From Solirubrobacteraceae bacterium (GTDB taxonomy: Bacteria; Actinomycetota; Thermoleophilia; Solirubrobacterales; Solirubrobacteraceae): a stretch of 64,000 nucleotides of DNA. Each line of letters opens with the position of its first letter. Within the stretch, counting starts at the first letter, position 1. The position numbers were made by a program, and so were the translations under genes. The notes beneath the pieces are model-generated. The model saw only the letters and a list, made by a program, of their open reading frames with translations. It was not told where the DNA came from and did no database searches. Positions 10,649 through 21,389 of this stretch are shown piece by piece. Location of the stretch: contig DASTIC010000043.1 of NCBI GenBank assembly GCA_035717845.1, forward strand, positions 10,641 to 74,640. Reading direction: 5' to 3'.

Positions 10649-12765
10649 TCATTGAGGATCAGGCGCGCTGCGGGTGCCGCAGTTTCCGCGCCGAAGCCGC
10701 CGCGCTCGATCGTCGTCACGACGACGATCGGCCGGGTCGGGTGGTCGACGAAGCAGGCATACCAGGACTGGTCCGGGTTGGGCTGGCGCTCCGCGGTGCC
10801 GGTCTTGCCGTACAGCACGTCGCGGTAGTCGAAGTCCGCGAAGACGTCGCTCGACGTGCCGTTCGCCGCCGTCGCGGCGCCGTGGAGCCCGGCCATGATG
10901 GCATCCCGGTGGGCGGCATCGAACTCGACCCGGCGGCGGATCGGCGTGCGGATCTCCTCCACGAGCCGGCCCTGGCCGTCCTCGACCTGCTGGCCGAGGT
11001 GAGGTCTGACGACGCGGCCGCCGTTGGCGATCGTCGCGTAGGCGGTGGCCAGCTGGAGCGGCGTGGCCTGGAGATCGCCCTGGCCGACCGCGAGGTTCAC
11101 GTTGTCGCCCGCCGTCCACGGGCGCTCGATGCCGCCGCACGCGAACAGCGCCGCGGTCGTGCCCGCCTCGACCTTGGCCTTCTTCGTGCACTCGAGGTAC
11201 TCCTCGTAGCCCTCGTTGCGCCACTTCGAGTCCGGGATCAGGCCGCCGAACTCGCCCGGGATGTCGATCCCCGTCCGCCGCCCGACGCCGAGCCGGCGGG
11301 CCCAGTCCTGGAGCACGGGCCCCTGGCCGTTCATCTGGAGGCCGAGCTCGTAGAAGAAGACGTCCGACGACACGGTGAGCGCGCCCGGGAGCTGGAGCGC
11401 GCCGTACGAGGCGTCCTGGGCGTTCTTGAACACGCGGTCGCCGAGCTCGAACTCGCCGTCGTCGAAGATCGTGCTCGTCGGCGTGACCACGCCCGACTCG
11501 AGCGCCGCCATCGCGGTGATGGGCTTGAAGGTGGAGCCGGTCGGATAGGTGGCGGCGATCGCGCGGTTGAAGAGCGGCGCGCCGAGCTCCTCGGAGGACA
11601 GCTGGTCGTAGCGGTCCTGGGAGATCGGCTTCGCGAACTCGTTGGCGTCGAAGCTCGGGTAGGAGCCGAGGGCGAGGATCTCGCCGGTGCGCGGGTCCAT
11701 GGCGACGAAGGCGCCCGCCTTGGCCCCGTTCTGGCTCGCCGCCTCGACGCCGCGCCGCATCGCGTCGTTCGCCGCGCGCTGGAGCCCGAGGTCGAGCGTG
11801 AGGCGCAGGCGCTGGCCCTGGCGCGGCTCGCGGCGCGCCATCCGGCGGCGGTCGTCGCGGCTGCCGAGCGCGTTGATGATCACCCGCGTGTAGCCGTCGG
11901 TCCCCCGCAGGTAGTCGTCGTAGCTCTCCTCGATGCCGTCGGCGCCGATCCGCGTGCCGGCCTCCACGCCGCGGTAGCGCTTCATCTCCAGCTCCTTGGG
12001 GGAGATCTCGCGCGTGGTGCCGAACAGCTGCGCGGCCAGCTCGTCGTGGGGATAGTCGCGCAGGTAGCGCTTCTCGACCTCCACCCCGGGGAACTGCTCC
12101 TTGCGCTCGCGGATGAAGTTGAAGGCCTCCCGGGGCACGGCGGTGCGGATCGTGACGTTCGAGTACGGAAGCTCGGCGATCCCCTCGACCACGCGCTCGT
12201 GGATGACCCGCGGGCGGACGTCGATGACCTTGCCGAGCCGGCGGTAGAGCCGCCTGCGCTCGCCCTCGGAGTCGGGCAGCGGCGGGACCGCGACCGGCTT
12301 CGCGCGGCGGGCGGCGCGGGCCAGGATGCGGCGCTCGCGGCGCTGCTTGCGGCTGGCGCCGCGGCGGCGCTCGCGGATGTCGCGCTCGAGCGTCCGCAGC
12401 TGCGCGGCCGCCTTCAGGCGCTCACGCTCGGCCTCGCTGCGCGCCTGGCGGAACGCGTCGGCCTGGTCGAGCACGGCCTCGGACAGCGAGCCGGGGGTGA
12501 TCTGGACGACCGGCGCCACGCGGGTCTTGACGAGCACGGTGCCGTGGCGATCGACGATGTCGCCCCGCGGGGCCTCGATCCGGACCTTGCGCACGCGGTT
12601 GTCGCGCGCCTGCGAGACGTAGTCCTCGCCTGAGAGCACCTGGAGGAACCAGAGGCGGAAGAAGACGATCGCGAAGGCCACGAACGCGATCCCGCCGAGC
12701 ACGGCCACGCGCATCGCGAGCTGCGGCGTGATCGGCGGGCGGCGCTCCTCGACGGGGCTAGGCAC
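10594..12765 (-). CDS. mrdA: Penicillin-binding protein 2 (elongasome transpeptidase)
   Basis: N-terminal TM segment, a PBP dimerisation domain and a transpeptidase domain (STFKP = SxxK). It sits between mreD and rodA. Confidence 0.88.
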   Translation of the reverse strand: MPSPVEERRPPITPQLAMRVAVLGGIAFVAFAIVFFRLWFLQVLSGEDYVSQARDNRVRKVRIEAPRGDIVDRHGTVLVKTRVAPVVQITPGSLSEAVLDQADAFRQARSEAERERLKAAAQLRTLERDIRERRRGASRKQRRERRILARAARRAKPVAVPPLPDSEGERRRLYRRLGKVIDVRPRVIHERVVEGIAELPYSNVTIRTAVPREAFNFIRERKEQFPGVEVEKRYLRDYPHDELAAQLFGTTREISPKELEMKRYRGVEAGTRIGADGIEESYDDYLRGTDGYTRVIINALGSRDDRRRMARREPRQGQRLRLTLDLGLQRAANDAMRRGVEAASQNGAKAGAFVAMDPRTGEILALGSYPSFDANEFAKPISQDRYDQLSSEELGAPLFNRAIAATYPTGSTFKPITAMAALESGVVTPTSTIFDDGEFELGDRVFKNAQDASYGALQLPGALTVSSDVFFYELGLQMNGQGPVLQDWARRLGVGRRTGIDIPGEFGGLIPDSKWRNEGYEEYLECTKKAKVEAGTTAALFACGGIERPWTAGDNVNLAVGQGDLQATPLQLATAYATIANGGRVVRPHLGQQVEDGQGRLVEEIRTPIRRRVEFDAAHRDAIMAGLHGAATAANGTSSDVFADFDYRDVLYGKTGTAERQPNPDQSWYACFVDHPTRPIVVVTTIERGGFGAETAAPAARLILNEWFDLKDDEFKAGSDQSN

Positions 12766-13324
12766 GTGAGAGGGGGCTCAGCCCGCCGGTCGTGTACGCG
12801 CGGCGACGGCGGCGCCGCGGGTCGTCGGGCAGGTACGGGAGCAGCACCCGGCGGCAGACGGCGTACACGGGCAGGGCGAGCAGCGTGTTGAGGACGATCG
12901 TCATCAGGATCGCGCGCAGCAGCTCCAGCGACACCGGAGCGTCGACGCCGAGCAGGAACTGGAGCAGCGAGAAGCCGACGGCGGCCAACGCCGTGGCCGC
13001 GGCGCCGACGATCACCGGCGCCAGCGTGTGGGCCGGGTCGCGCAGCTCCCGCACCCGCCCGGCGCCGTAGCCGACGGTCGTGAGCACCAGCGAGTTCACG
13101 CCCAGGGTTTGGAGCAGCACGGTGTCCACGAACAGGCCGAGGCTGAAGCCGAAGACGGCGCCGGAGATCGAGCCGCTGAGGAAGCCGACGGACGCCACGA
13201 GCAGCGGCGACAGGTCCGCGGGGACGCCGAAGATCGCCACCTGGGAGACGGTCGTGAGCTGGAAGATGCCCCCCAGCAGGCCCAGCAGGGCGAGGCGGCC
13301 GGCGGCGCGCGGCGTGACCGTCAC
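12758..13324 (-). CDS. mreD: Rod shape-determining protein MreD
   Basis: A 188-aa polytopic membrane protein located between mreC and mrdA. Its GTG start overlaps the mreC stop. Confidence 0.75.
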   Translation of the reverse strand: MTVTPRAAGRLALLGLLGGIFQLTTVSQVAIFGVPADLSPLLVASVGFLSGSISGAVFGFSLGLFVDTVLLQTLGVNSLVLTTVGYGAGRVRELRDPAHTLAPVIVGAAATALAAVGFSLLQFLLGVDAPVSLELLRAILMTIVLNTLLALPVYAVCRRVLLPYLPDDPRRRRRRAYTTGGLSPLSRA

Positions 13325-14208
13325 GGCGCCTGCGCTCGCACGTCGGCGTCGGGCTGGGTGAGGACCTCGACGAGGTCGAGCGAGCGCAGGTCGGCGACCG
13401 GCTCGACGTGGATGACGCGGTCGAGCTCCCCCTCCCCCGTCTCGATCCGGCTGACGGTCCCGATCAGGATCGCGCGCGGGTAGAGCGAGGAGAGGTCGGA
13501 GACCCGGGCCGACATGCTGGTGCCGGCCGTGACGATCCGCTCGCCGCGGCGGACCTCCTTGGCGTTGGGCACGAGCTCGAAGCGCAGGTCGCCGGCGTCA
13601 CCCACCGCGGGCCCGACGCTCCCCGGCTCCCCGCTCTCCAGCGCCTGGGCGGAGACTCCGAAGTCGGGGTCGGTGAGGAGCATGACGACGGCGTTGCCGT
13701 CGGAGACCTCCTTGACCTTCCCGACCAGCCCGGCGTCGTTGACCACGGGCTGGTCGACGCGCACGCCGTCGCTCGTGCCCTTGTTGATCTGGAAGCTCTG
13801 GAACCAGGTGCTGGGAGAGCGGGCGATCACGCGCGCCTGCACGGGCTGGTAGTCGTCGAGCCCCCGCTCGATGTTCTGCTCCTGGAGTCCCTCGATCTGG
13901 CGGAGCTGGCGGTTCTCGATGGTGACCTCCGCGACCTGCTTGCGCAGCGCGTTGCGCTCGGCCTCGAGCCGCTCCTTGTCCTCCTTGGCGTCGAGCGTGT
14001 CGCCGAACCAGCCGAAGAGGTCGCGGAACGGCTTGAGCGCGCGGTTGGCGCCCTCCTGGATCGGGGCGAAGACCTCCATCGCGCCGCGCTGGACCGAGTG
14101 CAGCGAGCCGCCGGAGGACTCGCCGAAGTACGCCGTGAGCAGGAACAGCGAGAACAGCACGAGCACGGCCAGCACCGCGCGGCGTCGGCGGACGACCTTG
14201 TCATTCAT
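13321..14208 (-). CDS. mreC: Rod shape-determining protein MreC
   Basis: N-terminal TM segment, a coiled coil, then beta-rich MreC domains (VVNDAGLVGKVKEV). It follows mreB. Confidence 0.85.
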   Translation of the reverse strand: MNDKVVRRRRAVLAVLVLFSLFLLTAYFGESSGGSLHSVQRGAMEVFAPIQEGANRALKPFRDLFGWFGDTLDAKEDKERLEAERNALRKQVAEVTIENRQLRQIEGLQEQNIERGLDDYQPVQARVIARSPSTWFQSFQINKGTSDGVRVDQPVVNDAGLVGKVKEVSDGNAVVMLLTDPDFGVSAQALESGEPGSVGPAVGDAGDLRFELVPNAKEVRRGERIVTAGTSMSARVSDLSSLYPRAILIGTVSRIETGEGELDRVIHVEPVADLRSLDLVEVLTQPDADVRAQAP

Positions 14209-14254
14209 GCTAAGGCGCTCACGCGAGCTTGCGAGTGTGAGTAAGCCGCACTCG

Positions 14255-15400
<1,146 letters not shown>

Positions 15401-15928
15401 TCAGCGGGCGTCGAGGAGCGCTCGCAGCCGCCGAAGGGGCAGGCCGACGACGTTCAGATAGTCGCCGTCGACGCGCTCGACGAGCGCCGACCCACCGGTC
15501 TCCTGGATCGCGTAGCCGCCCGCCCGGCCGGTCCATTCGCCGGTGTCGACGTAGGCGTCGAGCTCCTCGTCCGTGCGGCGGCGGAACGTCACGCGCGTGG
15601 TCTCGACGGCGGAGGCCACGATGTTCCCGTCCTCGGCGAGGGCGATCGCGCCCACGACCTCGTGGGTGCGCCCGTTGAGCCGCTCGAGGTACGCGCGCGC
15701 CTGGTCCCGGTCGGCGGGCTTGCCGAGGATGTCGCCGTCGAGCACGACCACGGTGTCGGCGCCTAGGACGAGCGGACCGGGCACCGCGGTCGCCTTGCGG
15801 CGGGCGTTGCGCTCGGCGACCGCCGCGGCCTCGCCCTCTATCTCCTCCTCCACGTTCGCCGGCACGACCGTGAACGGGATGCCGGCGTCCTCCAGGATCG
15901 CGCGCCGCTGGGGCGACGCCGACGCCAG
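15401..15928 (-). CDS. maf: Maf-family nucleoside triphosphate pyrophosphatase (start codon uncertain)
   Basis: The track ORF starts at GTG 15865. The in-frame upstream codons read [23 protein letters not shown], the conserved Maf N-terminus. No ATG, GTG or TTG is available there, so CTG at 15928 is the nearest candidate start. Confidence 0.7.
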   Translation of the reverse strand: MASASPQRRAILEDAGIPFTVVPANVEEEIEGEAAAVAERNARRKATAVPGPLVLGADTVVVLDGDILGKPADRDQARAYLERLNGRTHEVVGAIALAEDGNIVASAVETTRVTFRRRTDEELDAYVDTGEWTGRAGGYAIQETGGSALVERVDGDYLNVVGLPLRRLRALLDAR

Positions 15929-15930
15929 GA

Positions 15931-16347
15931 CTAGAGGTCGGGGAAGAACAGCGTCGCCTCGCGCACGCCGGACTCCGGCGAGTCGGAGCCGTGGACCATG
16001 TTCTGGCCGACCGCGATCGCGTAGTCGCCGCGGATCGAGCCGGGCCCCGCCTCGAGCGGGTTGGTCGCGCCGATCACCTGGCGGGCGGCGCGGATCGCCT
16101 CCTCGCCCTCCAGCACCATCGCCACGATCGGGCCCGAGGTGATGAACTCGACCAGCTCGCCGAAGAACGGCTTGCCCTCGTGCTCGGCGTAGTGCTGCTT
16201 CGCCAGGTCCTCGGTGACCGTCATGTGCTTGAGGGCGACGATCGCGAGGCCCTTCTTCTCGAAGCGGGCGATGATCTCGCCGGTCAGTCCGCGCGCGAAC
16301 GCGTCGGGCTTGACCAGGATCAGGGTCCGGTCCACTTGTGAAACCAC
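15931..16347 (-). CDS. ndk: Nucleoside diphosphate kinase
   Basis: [29 protein letters not shown]...NMVHGSDS (active-site His). GTG at 16347 follows GGAGAA by 6 nt. The track start is 16371. Confidence 0.9.
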   Translation of the reverse strand: MVSQVDRTLILVKPDAFARGLTGEIIARFEKKGLAIVALKHMTVTEDLAKQHYAEHEGKPFFGELVEFITSGPIVAMVLEGEEAIRAARQVIGATNPLEAGPGSIRGDYAIAVGQNMVHGSDSPESGVREATLFFPDL

Positions 16348-16397
16348 CTTTCGTTCTCCGGTAGCTCGCAAGCTCGCACCTGCGAACGACGATAGAT

Positions 16398-16979
16398 CTA
16401 GCGCCGCGGGCGTTCTCGCGTGCGCTCAGGCTCGGGCTCGCCGTCGGCGCGGGCCACCTCGGCGGCCACCGTCGGCTGGTCGGTGGTCGACGACCGCCGG
16501 CGGGCCCGGCGCGTCGACGGCGGCGGCGGGGTCGTCCGGACCTCGGCCTCGCAGTACGGGCACAGCTGCCACGAGGGGTCGACCGGCTTGCCGCACGAGT
16601 AGCAGCGCTCCTTGAGCTTGCGGGCGCAGCTCGGGCAGCGCAGGTAGTCCGACTTGACCTCGTAGTCGCAGTGCGGGCACAGCTGGTAGTCCAGGTTCGC
16701 CAGCCGCGCTTCCGCCGCGGTCATCTCCAGCTCGCGCAGCCGCACGTCGTCCACGAACTCCGGCGGGCGGACGATCACGTAGACGATCGTGCCCACGAAC
16801 GGGAACAGGGACGCGGCCGTCGCGCACGCCACGAGCATCGGATCCTCGATCCGGCGCCGGGCGTCCGCGAACGTCCAGAAGATGAGCGCGAAGTAGACGA
16901 CGACGAGCACGAGGAGGAGCACGTTGACGGCCGTGTTCAGGCTGTCGTTCGTGATCCCGAAGATGCCGAGGAGGATCAT
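16398..16979 (-). CDS. Membrane protein with a PLD-nuclease-N-like TM domain plus a double zinc-ribbon
   Basis: Two TM helices ([15 protein letters not shown]...[14 protein letters not shown]), then CPHC..CPSC..CYSC..CPYC, which is four CxxC pairs, and a charged tail. Confidence 0.6.
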   Translation of the reverse strand: MILLGIFGITNDSLNTAVNVLLLVLVVVYFALIFWTFADARRRIEDPMLVACATAASLFPFVGTIVYVIVRPPEFVDDVRLRELEMTAAEARLANLDYQLCPHCDYEVKSDYLRCPSCARKLKERCYSCGKPVDPSWQLCPYCEAEVRTTPPPPSTRRARRRSSTTDQPTVAAEVARADGEPEPERTRERPRR

Positions 16980-17004
16980 GGGCTCCGTAGCTTAGGGGGA
17001 GGGG

Positions 17005-17121
17005 TTACAGGAACGCCCGACCGAACGCGTACCCGATCGCGAAGAAGATCAAGATCACGAGTGCGACGACCACCGCCACGAGGGCGACCATGGCCAGCAC
17101 GCTCGGGCCGCGCTCGTTCAC
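17005..17121 (-). CDS. Possible 38-aa single-TM micro-protein coupled to folC
   Basis: GTG at 17121 overlaps the folC TGA (GTGA). The peptide is VNERGPSVLAMVALVAVVVALVILIFFAIGYAFGRAFL. Third codon positions are GC-rich. No homology can be asserted. Confidence 0.35.
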   Translation of the reverse strand: MNERGPSVLAMVALVAVVVALVILIFFAIGYAFGRAFL

Positions 17122-18350
17122 AGCGCCGACGCCCTCCGGCGCCCCGGCTCGGCGACCAGGTCGGCCACGAGGTAGATCGAGCCGGTGGCCAGCACGGCGC
17201 CCTCCGGCCCCGCCAGCTCCTGCGCCCGCCTGACCGCCGCCCGCGGCTCGGCGGCGATCTCCGACGCCCCGCCGCCCACCTGCGCCCACAGCGAGGCGAG
17301 GGTCGCCGGCGACAGCGCGCGCGGGTTGGTGGAGCTGGTGAACACGGCTCCCGACGTCTTCCCGGCCAGCGCACGGAGCATTCCAGCCGCGTCCTTGTCA
17401 TCGAGGATTGACATGACGACGACCGGCCGCCGGCCGGCGGTGGCCTCCGGGAGCGCGGCGGCGAGTGCCTCGACGCCCGACGGGTTGTGGGCGCCGTCGT
17501 AGATCGTGAGCGGGCGGCCTGAGACGACCTGCATGCGTCCGGGGATCGTCACGCGCGCGGCGACCTCCGCGACGCGCGTCGGGTCGAGCTCGCCCAGGTG
17601 CGCGCGAGCCGCCGCGATCGCGATCGCGAAGTTCGCCCGCTGATAGCCCGTGGGCCCCACCGCCGGGCCGGCGTCGAGCCGCTCCGGCCGGACGATCCGC
17701 GCGCCGGTCTGGAGCGCCAGCGCCTCGACCTCCTCCGGCACCGGCCCCAGCACCAGCGTCGCCTCCGGCCGCACGACCGCGAGCTTCTCGCGCGCGATGT
17801 CGGTCACCGTCGGCCCGAGCCAGCGTGTGTGCTCGAGCCCGACGTTGGTGAGCACGACGACCCCCGCGCCGAGCACGTTCGTCGCGTCATGGCGCCCACC
17901 GAGGCCGGCCTCGACGACCGCGACGTCGACCTCGCGCCGCGCCAGCTCGTCCAGCGCGGATGCGGTCACCAGCTCGAACTGCGTCACGCGATCGCCGGGC
18001 TCGAGCGTGCGGTCGACCTTGGCGGCGGCCGCCGCGGCGCGCTGCACGGCGGCGCCGAAGGCGTCCGGGGCGAGATCCTCGTCGGCGATCCGGATCCGCT
18101 CGGCGAAGCTCGTCAGGTGCGGCGAGAGGAAGGCGCCGGTGCGCAGCCCGTGCGCCTCGAGCAGCGCGGCGGCCATGCGCACCGTCGACGACTTGCCGTT
18201 CGTACCCACGACGTGAATCGCCGGGTAGCGCTCCTGCGGGCTCCCGAGCACGGTCAGCAACCGCCGCATGCGGTCGAGCCCGAACCGCATGCCGAACAGC
18301 TCGAGCGAGAGCAGATGCGCCTCGGCGTCCTCGAGGCGCCACGCAGTCAC
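17118..18350 (-). CDS. folC: Dihydrofolate synthase / folylpolyglutamate synthase
   Basis: VTAWRLEDAEAHLLSLELFGMRFGLDRM...AIHVVGTNGKSST (P-loop of the Mur ligase family). GTG at 18350 overlaps the valS TGA. The remainder of track ORF 17118..19898 is out-of-frame valS. Confidence 0.88.
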   Translation of the reverse strand: MTAWRLEDAEAHLLSLELFGMRFGLDRMRRLLTVLGSPQERYPAIHVVGTNGKSSTVRMAAALLEAHGLRTGAFLSPHLTSFAERIRIADEDLAPDAFGAAVQRAAAAAAKVDRTLEPGDRVTQFELVTASALDELARREVDVAVVEAGLGGRHDATNVLGAGVVVLTNVGLEHTRWLGPTVTDIAREKLAVVRPEATLVLGPVPEEVEALALQTGARIVRPERLDAGPAVGPTGYQRANFAIAIAAARAHLGELDPTRVAEVAARVTIPGRMQVVSGRPLTIYDGAHNPSGVEALAAALPEATAGRRPVVVMSILDDKDAAGMLRALAGKTSGAVFTSSTNPRALSPATLASLWAQVGGGASEIAAEPRAAVRRAQELAGPEGAVLATGSIYLVADLVAEPGRRRASAL

Positions 18351-20989
18351 AGTTCCTCCAGCTCCTCGCGCAGGCGCTCCAACTTCGCGCGCTCGGCGTC
18401 GACCACCGCGGCGGGCGCCTTGGCCACGAAGCCCTGGTTGGCGAGCTTGCCCTCCGCTCGCGCGATCTCCCGCTCCAGCTCGGCGCGGCGGGCCGCGGCG
18501 CGGCGCGCGGCCGCCTCGTGGTCGACGATCTCGGAGGCGAGCATCGCGACGCTGCCGCCGGGCACCCCGACGCTGTCCACCGGCTCGCCGCCGTTCACCG
18601 ACCACTCGACGCGGGCCAGCCGCGCGACGTGGGCTGCGGTGCTGTCGTAGCCCGCGGCCTCGAGGCGGGCGGGGACCACCCTGCCGGCGGGGGCGCCGAC
18701 CCGGTCGCGCCAGCCGCGCAGCTCCTGGGTGGCGGCGATCGCCCGCCGCACGTCCGCCTCCGCCTCCTCGTCGCGCAGCGCGCCGTCGGGCTCGGACCAG
18801 CGGCGGGCCATCAGCAGGCCCTCGGCGCCGGGCACGTGCGACCAGATCTCCTCGGTCACGAACGGGATGATCGGGTGGGCGAGGGTGAGCGTCTCGGCGA
18901 GAACGTGGAGCGCGACCCGGGTAACGTCGGGCGGAGATCCGAGCTCGCGAGGATCGGCGCCCGAAACCTGGTCTCTGTCGGCGTACAGGCGGGGCTTGAT
19001 CAGCTCGAGGTACCAGTCGGCGAGCTCGCTGTAGACGAAATCGTAGAGGCCGAGCGCGGCGTGGTGGAAGTCGAAGGCGTCGATCGCGTGCGCCATGTCG
19101 GCCTTCACGGCCTGGAGGCGGGAGAGGATCCAGCGGTCCTCGACCGCCCGTGGCGCCGGTTGGGACGCGGAGAGCGCGACGCCCTCGGGCACCTGGAGCA
19201 GCACGAGCCGCGCCGCGTTCCAGAGCTTGTTGGCGAGCTGGCGGCCCTGGGCGATCCGCTCCTCGTTGAAGCGCACGTCCTGCGTCGAGGACATCGCGAG
19301 CAGGCCGAAGCGCACGGCGTCGGCGCCGTAAGCGGGGAACTCGCCGCCCTCCCGGAAGACCGGCGGCCGCGGGCCGCCCGCGATCAGGTCGAGCGGGTCG
19401 ATGCCGGTGCCGAGCGACTTCGACATCCGCCGCTTGTCCGGCGCCTGGATGATCGAGTGCACGTACACGCGATCGAACGGGACGTCGCCGGCGAACTCGA
19501 CCCCGAACATGATCATGCGCGCCACCCAGAGGAAGAGGATGTCGCGCGCGGTCAGCAGCACGTCGGTCGGGTACCAGGCGCGCAGGTCCGGCGTGTCGTC
19601 GGGCCACCCGAGCGTGGCGAACGGCCACAGGCCGGAGGAGAACCACGTGTCGAGCACGTCGGGATCCTGCGTCCAGCCCTCGCCCTGGGGCGGCTCGAGC
19701 CCCACGTAGGTCTCCTCGCCGCGGTACCAGACGGGGATCTGGTGGCCCCACCAGAGCTGGCGCGAGATGCACCAGGGGCGGATGTTCTCCATCCACTCGA
19801 AGTACCGGTTCTGCTGGCCCTCGGGGTGGATCCGCACGCGCCCGTCGCGCACGACGTCGATGGCCGGGCGGGCCAGCTCGTCCATGGCCATGAACCACTG
19901 GAGCGAGATCAGCGGCTCGATGCGTTCCCCCGACCGGACCGAGAACGGCACGTCGTGCTCGTACTGCTCGGTCCGCAGGATCCGCCCCTCCTCACGCAGC
20001 CGGTCGATGACCGCCGTGTGGGCCTCGGCGACCGGCATCCCGGCGAAGTCGCCCGCCGCCTCGGTCATGCGGCCGTCCTCGCCGATGACGGTGATCTCCT
20101 CGAGACCGTGGGCCCGCCCGATCTCGAAGTCGTTCGGGTCGTGCGCGGGCGTGAGCTTCAGCGCGCCGGTGCCGAACTCCGGCTTGACGTAGGGGTCGGC
20201 GATGATCGGCAGCCGGCGGCCGACGAGCGGCAGCAGCGCGGTCTCCCCGATCAGCCGCGTGTAGCGGTCGTCCTCGGGGTGCACGGCGATCGCGGTGTCG
20301 GCGAGCATCGTCTCCGGCCGCACGGTCGCGATCGTCACCGACCCGTGGCCGCTGGCCAGCGGGTAGTCGACGTAGTAGAGGGTGTCGGTGACGCGGCGAT
20401 CCTCGACCTCGAGGTCTGAGATCGCCGAGCCGGTGCCCGGGTCCCAGTTGACGAGGTAGTTGTCGCGGTAGATCAGGCCCCGCTCGTAGAGGGCGACGAA
20501 GACCTGGAGCACCGCGCGCGCGTAGCCCTCGTCGAGCGTGAAGCGCTCGTGGTCGTAGTCGGCGGAGGCGCCCAGCCGCTTGTACTGCTGGATGATCTGG
20601 CCGCCGTACTCCTCGCGGAAGCGCCACACGCGCTCGAGGAACGCGTCGCGCCCGAGCTCCTCGCGGCTCGTGCCCTCGCTGCGCAGGAGTCGCTCGACCT
20701 GCGTCTGGGTGCCGATGCCCGCATGGTCGGTGCCGAGGATCCAGCGCGCCCGCTGGCCGCGCATGCGCGCGAGGCGGATCAGCGCGTCCTGGATCGAGCC
20801 GTTGAGGGCGTGGCCCATGTGCAGCGCGCCGGTCACGTTCGGCGGCGGGATCGCGATCGAGAAGTTCTCCTCGGCGGTCCCATCAGGCTCCGGGTGGAAG
20901 AGCCCGGAAGCCTCCCAGCGGGCGAACACCCGCGGCTCCGTCTCGGCGGGGTCGTAGCGGGTGCGGCGCTCGAGATCGTGGTCGGCCAT
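18347..20989 (-). CDS. valS: Valyl-tRNA synthetase
   Basis: MADHDLERRTRYDPAETEPRVFARWEASGLF...PPPNVTGALHMGHALN (HIGH motif)...KMSKS (RMSKSLG), with a C-terminal coiled coil. Start re-set to ATG at 20989. Confidence 0.93.
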   Translation of the reverse strand: MADHDLERRTRYDPAETEPRVFARWEASGLFHPEPDGTAEENFSIAIPPPNVTGALHMGHALNGSIQDALIRLARMRGQRARWILGTDHAGIGTQTQVERLLRSEGTSREELGRDAFLERVWRFREEYGGQIIQQYKRLGASADYDHERFTLDEGYARAVLQVFVALYERGLIYRDNYLVNWDPGTGSAISDLEVEDRRVTDTLYYVDYPLASGHGSVTIATVRPETMLADTAIAVHPEDDRYTRLIGETALLPLVGRRLPIIADPYVKPEFGTGALKLTPAHDPNDFEIGRAHGLEEITVIGEDGRMTEAAGDFAGMPVAEAHTAVIDRLREEGRILRTEQYEHDVPFSVRSGERIEPLISLQWFMAMDELARPAIDVVRDGRVRIHPEGQQNRYFEWMENIRPWCISRQLWWGHQIPVWYRGEETYVGLEPPQGEGWTQDPDVLDTWFSSGLWPFATLGWPDDTPDLRAWYPTDVLLTARDILFLWVARMIMFGVEFAGDVPFDRVYVHSIIQAPDKRRMSKSLGTGIDPLDLIAGGPRPPVFREGGEFPAYGADAVRFGLLAMSSTQDVRFNEERIAQGRQLANKLWNAARLVLLQVPEGVALSASQPAPRAVEDRWILSRLQAVKADMAHAIDAFDFHHAALGLYDFVYSELADWYLELIKPRLYADRDQVSGADPRELGSPPDVTRVALHVLAETLTLAHPIIPFVTEEIWSHVPGAEGLLMARRWSEPDGALRDEEAEADVRRAIAATQELRGWRDRVGAPAGRVVPARLEAAGYDSTAAHVARLARVEWSVNGGEPVDSVGVPGGSVAMLASEIVDHEAAARRAAARRAELEREIARAEGKLANQGFVAKAPAAVVDAERAKLERLREELEEL

Positions 20990-21050
20990 CGGGTCGGCGC
21001 AGTTTAGATGCGCGCCATTCATCTGTTGTGGATGATATAAGGTGTGAGTG

Positions 21051-21389
21051 ATGAGCACTGGGAGCCTGATCCGTGAGGCGCGGCTCGCCGAGGGCCTGAC
21101 CCAGGCGGCGCTCGCTCGCCGGCTCGGGATCACCCAGCCCGCCATCGCGCGGCTCGAGGCGGCCGGCGACGAGGTCACGGTCGCCACGCTCCAGCGCGCG
21201 CTGAACGCCATGGGCCGCGCGCTCGTGCTCCAGGCGGTGCAGCGCCCGTCGAGCATCGACGAGACGCTGCTGCACAGCACGCTCGCGCTCACGCCGGATC
21301 AGCGGCTCAAGCGTTTCAAGCAGTGGTACGACGGCATGCAGTCGATGCGCCATGACATCATCGAGTCACGGGCTCAAAGAGCTGCCTGA
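21051..21389 (+). CDS. XRE-family helix-turn-helix protein (putative antitoxin/regulator)
   Basis: LIREARLAEGLTQAALARRLGITQPAIARLE is a canonical XRE HTH. The ATG at 21051 is preceded by AAGGTG. The 3' end overlaps the next ORF by 38 nt. Confidence 0.75.
   Translation: MSTGSLIREARLAEGLTQAALARRLGITQPAIARLEAAGDEVTVATLQRALNAMGRALVLQAVQRPSSIDETLLHSTLALTPDQRLKRFKQWYDGMQSMRHDIIESRAQRAA

Noticed and set aside
15925-15945. Programmed frameshift fusing Ndk to Maf
   Set aside because: The frames are offset appropriately, but there is no slippery heptamer or downstream stimulatory structure at the junction. A non-canonical start or reinitiation is the simpler explanation.
17960-20419. An 819-aa plus-strand ORF and several 100-200-aa ORFs across valS and folC
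   Set aside because: They are antisense or out of frame relative to valS and folC, whose motifs (HIGH, KMSKS, Mur-ligase P-loop) are unambiguous. They are low-complexity Arg/Ala/Pro sequences.
20990-21050. T-box or riboswitch leader upstream of valS (and the 1031-1082 spacer upstream of leuS)
   Set aside because: The spacers are only about 50-60 nt, too short for a T-box or any known riboswitch aptamer. They more likely hold plain promoter and RBS sequence.
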